Under the pieces are notes generated by a model, which was given only the letters and a program-made list of their open reading frames with translations, had not been told where the DNA came from and searched no databases. This document shows positions 1 through 7,609 of a stretch of DNA of 64,000 nucleotides, piece by piece. Numbering within the stretch: position 1 is the stretch's first letter; the number at the start of each line of letters is the position of its first letter. The stretch spans positions 64,001-128,000 of IMG/VR virus record IMGVR_UViG_3300045988_165036; one strand, written 5' to 3'. A program made the position numbers and the translations under genes. The DNA is from a virus.

Positions 1-110
1 AGAAGAAGGCAAGAGAAATTCTGATTACCGAAGCGGCAGACCCGGAGAAGGTCAAGTTGGCGGATGCGACGGTTGAAACGCTGAACAAGATCCTTGCAAT
101 TCTGGATTGA
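1..110 (+). CDS. 3' end of an upstream gene (partial at window edge)
   Basis: Frame open from base 3 (...LNKILAILD), stop TGA 108-110. Confidence 0.4.
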   Translation, partial: KKAREILITEAADPEKVKLADATVETLNKILAILD

Positions 111-121
111 GGGGAATAACT

Positions 122-472
122 GTGAAATTCATTATTTCGCGCACGAGCGAGTGGGGCGACTCCTCGCCGTGCGCAGAGGCGAAGAACGAGACAATCTGGG
201 TTACGGAAAATAATAAGTGTTCAAGTTTTGAAGAATATGATAGATTGTATTCAAACAGAATACCTTGGCTATCTGTCGGCAAAAATCATAGGATTTCGTT
301 AAATGGACACATTCAGAGAGATGTTGAACAAGCGGAATGGATAGTAGATATTAATTCGATGGAAGATTTGTCGGAACTGTCCAAAAAATATGGAGAGCTA
401 ATAATAGGTACTCAGCTTTTTCCGGGGAAAATCGCTCCTTATATTGAGATTTACGATGATTATCGTGAATAA
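122..472 (+). CDS. hypothetical protein
   Basis: ORF 107..472; GTG 122 lies 7 nt after GAGGGG. Confidence 0.55.
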   Translation: MKFIISRTSEWGDSSPCAEAKNETIWVTENNKCSSFEEYDRLYSNRIPWLSVGKNHRISLNGHIQRDVEQAEWIVDINSMEDLSELSKKYGELIIGTQLFPGKIAPYIEIYDDYRE

Positions 473-571
473 AACCGCATTCAACCAATAAGACAGTAAA
501 TAAGTGAGGGATCTGTTCAAGAACTTTATAGACGGAAGACACTCGACTCCGCTCTTTCTCCGTATAACGCA

Positions 572-961
572 ATGCGTCTGTGTTGTGATAGCGAAGAGCA
601 CCCCGAAACAGTCCCTGTTATTCTTGCACTCGATGTAACGGGGTCTATGGGTAAGGCGGCGGAAAAAATCGCTAAAAAGCTCAATGTTATTATGACGAAG
701 CTTTTCGGGGAAGTAAAAGATATCGAGTTTATGACGATAGGAATTGGAGATCTCGCATATGATTCCTATCCGATTCAGGCAACGCAGTTTGAATCCGATA
801 TTCGAATTGCGGAACAGCTTGGAAAGATTTATTTCGAATTTGGTGGTGGTACGAATCCGTATGAATCATATACCGCCGCGTGGTATTTCGGACTTCATAA
901 CACGGAACTTGATTGTTGGAAGCGTAACAAGAAAGGTATTATCGTAACTATTGGCGACTAA
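572..961 (+). CDS. vWA-domain protein, part upstream of an in-frame TAA
   Basis: MIDAS-like LDVTGSMG; ends ...IIVTIGD-TAA(959-961); no clear RBS at ATG 572. Confidence 0.7.
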   Translation: MRLCCDSEEHPETVPVILALDVTGSMGKAAEKIAKKLNVIMTKLFGEVKDIEFMTIGIGDLAYDSYPIQATQFESDIRIAEQLGKIYFEFGGGTNPYESYTAAWYFGLHNTELDCWKRNKKGIIVTIGD

Positions 962-1270
962 TTTATCAACCCGATTCTGCCGTATAGAAACCTAAATGCC
1001 ATTCTTGGAAGTTCGGAACAGTCTGATGTTGAAACAAAGGCTCTTTACGAAGAGGTAGCGAAGAAGTTTGATGTTTATCATATCGACATTTCGCACCGTA
1101 CCAGATATTCGGAAGACGAACTTCATAAGTCTTGGGCTATTCTTGGAGATCATTATATCAGATCTGATCTCAATAGCACAGTAGATAACATCATTGATGT
1201 GATTAAGCGTTCGGTTGATGGCATTAGCACTGGAAATGTTTCTGTCGGAGCGGACGGAATTAGTTGGTAA
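962..1270 (+). pseudogene. same-frame continuation of the vWA gene after the internal TAA
   Basis: 102 sense codons in the frame of 572 with no ATG/GTG/TTG start near its 5' end (first in-frame one is GTG 1199); protein-like (…VYHIDISHRTRYSEDELHKSWAILGDHY…); stop 1268-1270. Confidence 0.6.
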
Positions 1271-1288
1271 AATATAGGAGATAATAAA

Positions 1289-2452
1289 ATGTTGGAAAGC
1301 GTTAAATTTGTAATCGGGTCCAATTTTGGAGACGAGGGAAAAGGTCTTGTAACAAATTATTTTTGCGAACAGGCTTTTGCTAATGAGAAGAAGTGTGTAA
1401 ACATTTTGACAAATGGCGGTTCTCAAAGAGCTCACACGGTTGAATTCCCCGATGGCAAAAGACACGTTTTCCAACATTTTGGTTCTGGAACATTTTCGGG
1501 AGCGATTACTTTTCTTTCTGGGTTTTTCATTGTTAATCCAATGACTTTCCGAACAGAGCATCAAACGCTTCTAAATATAGGAGAACATCCGGTCGTATTG
1601 TGTGATTATCATTGCCGATTTTCCACACCGTGGGATATGATGATTAATCAAATTGTCGAAGCAAGTCGCGGCGATAAAAAGCACGGTTCTTGTGGAATGG
1701 GAATTTGGGAGACGGTTGATCGGTACGGAACCAAAAATGGAATCACTATTGCCGACATCTACTATTTAAGCCGTGAATCAAGACGGTTGTATTTAAGCGG
1801 TCTTCGAGACAATTATTTCAAAAATAGATTGGAAAAATATGGGATGAAGAAAGTTCCCGATGAATGGTCGGAAATTTGGTATTCTCCAATTTTACTCGAA
1901 AATTTTCTAAACGATTTAGCCTATTTCTTTTTGAATGTTCAATTGGAATATTCGACGGCGATTAAGAAATTCGATACGGCAGTCTTTGAAAACGGACAGG
2001 GACTTTTGTTGAGCAATCCAATGTATGGAGATAACACAACTCCCTCCAACACTGGAGCAACATATGGAGCGTCAATTCTGTGGGAGCTCGGATTAGAAAA
2101 TGTAGACACCGAACTTTGCTATGTTTCTCGAACATATATGACACGCCACGGAGCCGGAGATTTTATTACGGAAAGCAAAAGTTCGACATTTGGTGGGCTT
2201 GTGGATAAAACTAATATTTCAAATCCATTTCAGGGGTCTTTGAGGTATGGAGATTTGAATACGAAGGGTTTGTTTGAGCGAGTGCGAGCAGACAGTGAAG
2301 AGGCTTCAAGAAAGTTGCATAATGTTAAAACGTCTGTTATCTTTACGCACACTAATGAATTGGGAATTGATTTGAATGGAATAAAATGTTCTGGAATTGA
2401 TACCATTTATGGCTCTGATTCTCCCTTTTCGGATTCAATTAAAATGATTTAA
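1289..2452 (+). CDS. adenylosuccinate synthetase family protein (short PurA/PurZ-like)
   Basis: N-terminal GSNFGDEGKGLVT (PurA P-loop GDEGKGK), NGGSQRAHTV in place of GGHNAGHT; RBS AGGAG. Confidence 0.7.
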   Translation: MLESVKFVIGSNFGDEGKGLVTNYFCEQAFANEKKCVNILTNGGSQRAHTVEFPDGKRHVFQHFGSGTFSGAITFLSGFFIVNPMTFRTEHQTLLNIGEHPVVLCDYHCRFSTPWDMMINQIVEASRGDKKHGSCGMGIWETVDRYGTKNGITIADIYYLSRESRRLYLSGLRDNYFKNRLEKYGMKKVPDEWSEIWYSPILLENFLNDLAYFFLNVQLEYSTAIKKFDTAVFENGQGLLLSNPMYGDNTTPSNTGATYGASILWELGLENVDTELCYVSRTYMTRHGAGDFITESKSSTFGGLVDKTNISNPFQGSLRYGDLNTKGLFERVRADSEEASRKLHNVKTSVIFTHTNELGIDLNGIKCSGIDTIYGSDSPFSDSIKMI

Positions 2453-2460
2453 AAACTTTC

Positions 2461-2498
2461 AAAACCCTCTTGACAACGAGAGGGTTTTGTGTTATACT
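2461..2498 (+). promoter_or_regulatory. sigma70/sigmaA-type promoter with the -35 box in a hairpin loop
   Basis: TTGACA 2470-2475, 17 nt spacer, TGT-TATACT 2493-2498; arms AAAACCCTC / GAGGGTTTT. Confidence 0.7.
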
Positions 2499-2528
2499 TA
2501 TGATAGAAACTGGAAGGAGAATTGATTT

Positions 2529-3071
2529 ATGTTGAATATTGGTTATTTGACTTCTGATACAACCGCTTGCGGGGATGAGATGTATACCCCGTTTTATGCA
2601 GTTGCGCCTCTTGTCAAGCACTTGAAGAATAGCGGGTATAAAACCATTTGGTGTCCGTTTGACGAGGAGTGGAGCGCGTATGTCAGAATGTTCAAAGAAG
2701 AGGGGTTTAACGTTATTCGGAGCTTGTTGTCTGATGGAAAAGACTTCTTTCAATATGAGCCCGACGAGCCGTATGATGTTATTATTAGTAATCCGCCGTT
2801 TTCAAAAAAAGACGAGGTTATTCGCCGACTTGATGAACTCGGAAAACCGTTCGCGATTCTCCTTCCGTTAAATAGTTTACAGGGGAAGTCACGATTTGAT
2901 GTTTTCAAAAATGGAATTCAACTTTTGAGTTTTGACCAACGTATCGGATTTCATACTCCAAAAAGTATGAAGACGCCCCTTGAGGGCAGCCCGTTTGCAT
3001 CTGCGTATTTTTGCCGAGATTTCTTGCCGAGATTTCTTGCCGAGAGACTTGATTGTAGAGCGGTTGGATAA
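2529..3071 (+). CDS. DNA methyltransferase (N6-A/N4-C type, NPPF motif)
   Basis: DVIISNPPFS catalytic motif IV; RBS GGAAGGAG. Confidence 0.7.
   Translation: MLNIGYLTSDTTACGDEMYTPFYAVAPLVKHLKNSGYKTIWCPFDEEWSAYVRMFKEEGFNVIRSLLSDGKDFFQYEPDEPYDVIISNPPFSKKDEVIRRLDELGKPFAILLPLNSLQGKSRFDVFKNGIQLLSFDQRIGFHTPKSMKTPLEGSPFASAYFCRDFLPRFLAERLDCRAVG
3011..3045. repeat. 13-nt tandem repeat TTGCCGAGATTTC, 2.7 copies, inside the methyltransferase 3' end
   Basis: Exact copies at 3011-3023 and 3024-3036, partial copy 3037-3045. Confidence 0.9.
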
Positions 3072-3107
3072 ATATGATAGACCTCTAATAGAGGATGGTG
3101 CGAGTGG

Positions 3108-3638
3108 ATGTTAATTGAGTGTTTTTGCGGTTGCCGGAACAAAATCGAGCAATCTTGCGCATATAAGGTTGTTCTCGGTGGAACTCGTAAAGTTTACTTT
3201 TTGAACGAACAACATTATCGCCGTTGGCAGGACAAAAATTCGGCAAAATCCAATAAGATTGATGAAAAAGAATTCGCTCCGATTTACGATGCTGTGCTCG
3301 ATATTTGCGGAGGAAAATTTACCGGACGAACCATCGTTTGGAAGGAATACTTGACTTGGAAAGAAGCCGTCGATGGGAATGGCAACAAAGTCAAGTGGTA
3401 TTTGACAGAGAATAAACGCTCGCTGTCGGAGACATTGAAGAAAAAGTATTTTGAGAGCGACTTCGGTATGATTAAATATTTGAGTGCAATTGTTAAAAGC
3501 AATGTGGCGCAGTATCGGTCGAATGAGTATATGAGTTTGCCGCTGAAAGAATCTGAATCACAGGTGAAAGAAAATACGGCGGTAATCCCGAATAGTAAAC
3601 GAAGAAAGTCGTTGGCAGAATTGGAGGACGAAGCGTAA
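3108..3638 (+). CDS. hypothetical Cys-rich protein upstream of the helicase
   Basis: ORF with N-terminal CFCGC...C cluster; position suggests a replication accessory role (inference only). Confidence 0.55.
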   Translation: MLIECFCGCRNKIEQSCAYKVVLGGTRKVYFLNEQHYRRWQDKNSAKSNKIDEKEFAPIYDAVLDICGGKFTGRTIVWKEYLTWKEAVDGNGNKVKWYLTENKRSLSETLKKKYFESDFGMIKYLSAIVKSNVAQYRSNEYMSLPLKESESQVKENTAVIPNSKRRKSLAELEDEA

Positions 3639-3640
3639 AC

Positions 3641-5248
3641 ATGTGTCAGATGGAACAGTTTGTAACAGGTGTTGTTGATCAGTATCCGCAGGAGCTTCTT
3701 GAAAATAGATTAACAATTGAAGGAAATTTAATTGCGTGCCTTTACGCAGATATTACGCTGTATGACGATATAAAATCCACGGTTTCTTCGGAAACATTTC
3801 TCTCTCGGCACGGAAGACTTCTTTTTGGAGTTGTTAAATATCTTCGCGAAAAGCACTTTAATGTAATCGATGAGGTGACAGTTCTTTCCAATTGTCCGGA
3901 AGAGGTCCTTGATCGTCTGCAGAGTATCGGTGGTTGGAAGACAATTCAGAAACTTGCTTCCACCGTTGATCTGAAGAACTGGGATGCGATTCTGGACGAG
4001 TTCAACAAAAGCAACATTATTCTGAAACTTCACAAGAATGGATTTAATCTTCTCGAAGAAGTAACGCTTGACAATGGGAAGAAGATTAAACCACTGAAAC
4101 TGTTTGAGAAGTTTAGCGCCAACAACGTTACTGAATGGTATGAAGAGAGGATTGCTAATATTTCAATTAACAATAGCGCTTCTTCGATGAAGATTATTAG
4201 TGACGGAGCTGCTTTGTTTGGGGATGAGTTTCTTGAAAGTTTGAAAGAAGACGGAGATGATGGGGTATCTCTTAGTGAGGCTGGATTGAATTTTGAAGAA
4301 AAAGAAATACCGATGTTTCCATTTTTGTCAAGACAGACATCTGGACTTCATCGTGGGACAACGAGTGCGCTCGCCTCTCACTCCGGATGCGGTAAAACAA
4401 ACCTTATGATGAACATTGTCTTTACTCTTCTTCAAAAGGGGCTTCGTGGCGTTTTTATTAGTAACGAAATGTCAGAAAGAGAACTAAAAATAATTATGAT
4501 GATGATTATTTTGGTTCAATATAGAAATTATTGGAAGATTACGAAGAAAAAGCTTCGTAATAACGATTTGACAGAGGAAGACAAAGACGAAGTTCGAGCT
4601 GCTTCGAAATGGTGGGATAATGGACCAGGAAAAAACTTAAAAATTGTCACAATGAGCGACGCCGATTCCTCTTTGACACATGATATTATTAAAAAAGAGG
4701 CTCTTCGCAATGGAATTGATTTTTATGTCGTGGACACTTTCAAGATGACACTCGAAGAGGGTGGAAACTCTGCGTTCTGGATTGATTTGATTAAAGATTC
4801 TCGAGATATGGATTCTCTCGCGAAAAAATACAATCTTATCGGTCTTTATACCATTCAGCTTGTTGCGAACAGTATTGGAAACCTGTTCCTTAATGCGTCG
4901 GCACTTTCCGGTTCGAAAGCTATAAAAGAGGTTGTCAGTTTGTTGTTTTTCCTTAGAAAATGTGAGGCAGAAGAGCTCGAAGCAGGCGGCCCATATGATT
5001 TCAGACCGTTTAGGTCGAAACAACAATCCGATGGATCGTGGAAAGATGAACCATACGATCTGGATGAAAAAGAGCGCAGAGAGGTTTATCGCGTTTTATC
5101 AGTTGACAAAAATCGATACGGAGCGGATGCTGGAGATAACGGAGTTGCGTTCTTGTATAAATATCGTGGGGATTTTTGTAAATGGGGAGAAACTTGTAAG
5201 GTTAGACCTGTTCATAAACGAATTGGACAGGATACAAACGCAAGATAA
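3641..5248 (+). CDS. dnaB: DnaB-like replicative DNA helicase
   Basis: Walker A SHSGCGKTNLMMN, Walker B-like YVVDTFK, DnaB-type N-terminal domain. Confidence 0.8.
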   Translation: MCQMEQFVTGVVDQYPQELLENRLTIEGNLIACLYADITLYDDIKSTVSSETFLSRHGRLLFGVVKYLREKHFNVIDEVTVLSNCPEEVLDRLQSIGGWKTIQKLASTVDLKNWDAILDEFNKSNIILKLHKNGFNLLEEVTLDNGKKIKPLKLFEKFSANNVTEWYEERIANISINNSASSMKIISDGAALFGDEFLESLKEDGDDGVSLSEAGLNFEEKEIPMFPFLSRQTSGLHRGTTSALASHSGCGKTNLMMNIVFTLLQKGLRGVFISNEMSERELKIIMMMIILVQYRNYWKITKKKLRNNDLTEEDKDEVRAASKWWDNGPGKNLKIVTMSDADSSLTHDIIKKEALRNGIDFYVVDTFKMTLEEGGNSAFWIDLIKDSRDMDSLAKKYNLIGLYTIQLVANSIGNLFLNASALSGSKAIKEVVSLLFFLRKCEAEELEAGGPYDFRPFRSKQQSDGSWKDEPYDLDEKERREVYRVLSVDKNRYGADAGDNGVAFLYKYRGDFCKWGETCKVRPVHKRIGQDTNAR

Positions 5249-5271
5249 AAAATGAGTAAGGAGAAAATAAA

Positions 5272-5757
5272 ATGATTATTATTGGATTTCCCGGGATTGG
5301 TAAAAGTAGCGTAACTCGCGCATATGAGGGCGACGCCAACACAACTGGTTATATCGACCTTGAAAGCAGTAATTTTGTTAAGGACGACAACTGGGTGAAG
5401 GAATACTGCGACCTTGCTCTTGACCTTGATTTACAGGGATATAATGTTTTTGTTTCGTCTCACAAGAATGTGCGAGAATATTTAGTAGAGAAACAAGACA
5501 TTTTTCCGTACATTATGGTGATATTCCCGTCGAAAGAAATACGTACCGAGTGGCTGAACAGGCTCGAATCTCGTTATATGAAGTGCAAAACTGATAAAAA
5601 CGAAAGAGCTCTAAGCTATATGCGCAACAATTTCGATGATGCCGTAGATGAAATGGAGCACGATGCGATTGTTCATAAGGTTCTGATCACCAAAGAAAAT
5701 ATGAATGATTTGAAGAAGGCGATGGTGGATTATTGGAATAAGTGGTATTCTGAATAA
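5272..5757 (+). CDS. P-loop NTPase / nucleotide kinase-like protein
   Basis: IIIGFPGIGKSS Walker A; RBS AAGGAG. Confidence 0.55.
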   Translation: MIIIGFPGIGKSSVTRAYEGDANTTGYIDLESSNFVKDDNWVKEYCDLALDLDLQGYNVFVSSHKNVREYLVEKQDIFPYIMVIFPSKEIRTEWLNRLESRYMKCKTDKNERALSYMRNNFDDAVDEMEHDAIVHKVLITKENMNDLKKAMVDYWNKWYSE

Positions 5758-5759
5758 TT

Positions 5760-6040
5760 AAAAAAATAATTTTATTTGGAGGATATTGTGGTCAACCGCC
5801 CAGTTTCCTAAATGAGATGTGGGCTTGAGTAATCGAGCCCACTGATTGATCAGACTAAGTGTTTCGAGCACTACGTTATCAAAGAATATATAGGCACCGT
5901 TGGATGTACTCTCCAGTCTGACGCACTGCGGTATGTGATTAAACAGTTCTGATGGGTAGGAACAGTGTTGCATACGAAAACCTTTGAATAACATTGTCGT
6001 GGAGTAACTACTCTAACATACAGGAGGTTATAGAAACATT
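5760..6040 (+). ncRNA. candidate IscB omega-RNA (structured leader directly upstream of iscB)
   Basis: 280 nt non-coding; 10-bp stem GTGGGCTTGA-GTAA-TCGAGCCCAC (GNRA loop) plus further hairpins; position matches known IscB loci. Confidence 0.5.
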
Positions 6041-6989
6041 GGTGTATGTGTTAAACAAACAAAGTAATCCCTTGATGCCTTGTAAAGAAGCAAAAGCAAG
6101 AAAATTGCTAAAACAAAATAAAGCTATTATAGTAAAATATGAGCCATTTACAATTCAATTGACTTTTGAGTGTGAAAATCAAACGCAAGAAATTTCTCTC
6201 GGAGTTGATGCTGGAAGTAAACACATTGGCATTTCTGCAACAACAGAGAAACAAGTTTTGTATGAAGCAGACGTTGAATTAAGAAACGATATCGTAGATA
6301 AACTCTCTTCTCGTAGAGAAGCAAGAAGAACGAGAAGAAACAGATTGAGATATCGTCCCACAAGATTCAACAATCGAGTTCATTCAAAACACAAAGGTTG
6401 GCTTGCTCCAAGCATCGAGCAGAAAATCAATTCGCATATTCAGGCAATCAAAAGACTTCATCAAATTCTTCCGATTTCAAAAATTATTGTGGAAACGGCG
6501 CAGTTTGATATTCAAAAAATTCAGAATCCAGATATTGAAGGAGAACAATATCAACAAGGTGATCAAATGGGGTTTTGGAATGTACGTGAATATGTGCTTT
6601 TCAGAGATGATCACAAGTGTCAGTATTGTAAAGGAAAATCTAAAGACAATCGATTAAATGTTCATCATATTGAGGGTCGTAAGACGGGCGGAAACGCTCC
6701 GAATAATTTAATTACGTTGTGCGAAACCTGCCATAATGATTATCATCAAGGGAAAATTCAGCTAAATATTAAGCGCGGAAAGAGCTTTCGAGATGCGACA
6801 TTTATGGGCATTATGAGAAAGACATTGTTGTTGAGATTAAGGGAAATATATCCGAATGTTCAAGAAACTTTTGGTTATATTACGAAGAACACCAGAATTG
6901 AAAATAGTCTTCCGAAAGAACATTATATAGACGCAAGATGTATTAGTGGAAATCCTTTAGCAAAACCGTTAGGATATTATCTTTATTAA
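6039..6989 (+). CDS. iscB: IscB RNA-guided nuclease (PLMP, RuvC-I, Arg-rich bridge helix, RuvC-II, HNH, RuvC-III), up to an in-frame TAA
   Basis: NPLMPC; LGVDAGSKHIG; RREARRTRRNRLRYRPTRFNNR; GWLAPSIE...VETAQFDIQK..YQQG; HKCQYC...HHIEG...NLITLCETCHNDYH; KEHYIDA; RBS AGGAGG 6022-6027, then TTG 6039 / GTG 6042. Confidence 0.85.
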   Translation: MVYVLNKQSNPLMPCKEAKARKLLKQNKAIIVKYEPFTIQLTFECENQTQEISLGVDAGSKHIGISATTEKQVLYEADVELRNDIVDKLSSRREARRTRRNRLRYRPTRFNNRVHSKHKGWLAPSIEQKINSHIQAIKRLHQILPISKIIVETAQFDIQKIQNPDIEGEQYQQGDQMGFWNVREYVLFRDDHKCQYCKGKSKDNRLNVHHIEGRKTGGNAPNNLITLCETCHNDYHQGKIQLNIKRGKSFRDATFMGIMRKTLLLRLREIYPNVQETFGYITKNTRIENSLPKEHYIDARCISGNPLAKPLGYYLY

Positions 6990-7286
6990 AAATGTGTTAG
7001 AAGACAAAATCGTAAAATGACGAAAGATAATTTTATCAGAGGTGGAGTTAAAAAAAGTAATCAGTTAGTTGGCGATGTCTTCGGATTTGGGTTATTTGAT
7101 ACGGTTGAATATCAAAAGAAGAAGTATTTTGTGTTTGGTAAACGAAAATCTGGATTTCTGGACATTAGAACACTTGATGGAGAAAAAGCTAACAACGGCT
7201 CTATAAGCTACAAAAAACTAAAATTAATTCAAAAGAATAATAATATATTAACAGAAAGGAGTTTGTCAATTCCTACGCAACCATAA
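6990..7286 (+). CDS. iscB: IscB C-terminal domain, same frame after TAA 6987-6989
   Basis: KCVRRQNRK..IRGGVKKSNQ..GFGLFDTVEY..FGKRKSGFLDIRTLDG..SYKKLKL, typical of RRXRR/IscB C-termini; 7017 is in frame with 5994. Confidence 0.75.
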   Translation, partial: KCVRRQNRKMTKDNFIRGGVKKSNQLVGDVFGFGLFDTVEYQKKKYFVFGKRKSGFLDIRTLDGEKANNGSISYKKLKLIQKNNNILTERSLSIPTQP

Positions 7287-7316
7287 AGGGATTGCTGTTT
7301 CTTTGGCAATAGTATT

Positions 7317-7481
7317 ATGAACGAGGCGGTCAAAGTTGGGTTTTATCCAAAAGATTTGTTTATACTTTTAGCGAAGAACCGGCTTGTGGCAGATTGGCAA
7401 ATTCAGAATCAAAAGAACGCAAGAAAGTTTCATAGTTATTTTTGGGTCTTCGAAAAGTCTGACAAAAAAATAGAATATTAA
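7317..7481 (+). CDS. possible small ORF (54 aa), or a remnant
   Basis: ATG 7317 to TAA 7479-7481, no RBS. Confidence 0.2.
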   Translation: MNEAVKVGFYPKDLFILLAKNRLVADWQIQNQKNARKFHSYFWVFEKSDKKIEY

Positions 7482-7486
7482 TTTTT

Positions 7487-7525
7487 GCAAAACCTCTTGA
7501 CAAACAGGAGGTTTTGCGCTATAAT
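7487..7525 (+). promoter_or_regulatory. consensus promoter with the -35 box in a 10-bp hairpin loop
   Basis: GCAAAACCTC-TTGACA(7497-7502)...GAGGTTTTGC; TATAAT 7520-7525; 17 nt spacer. Confidence 0.75.
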
Positions 7526-7570
7526 AATAGTAGAAATGAAAGATTGGCTTTATTTACAAAGGATTTTTGA

Positions 7571-7609
7571 AAAGGAGAGAAAAAAATGACTATTGTTGAC
7601 TTTTATAAG
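7571..7609 (+). other. orphaned strong RBS plus ATG (7586), probably the original primase start, cut off by the TnpB element
   Basis: AAAGGAGAGA then ATG 7586; this frame ends after 29 codons and is +1 relative to tnpB. Confidence 0.45.

Noticed and set aside
992-1564. A 190-aa - strand ORF
   Set aside because: It is antisense to the vWA continuation and the PurA-like gene, with no RBS and low-complexity content. It is a shadow ORF.
7287-7481. A second readthrough extension of IscB (the frame continues after TAA 7284-7286 into ATG 7317)
   Set aside because: The IscB family C-terminal domain (…GFLDIRTLDG…SYKKLKLIQK…) is already complete before 7286. The extension has no resemblance to IscB.
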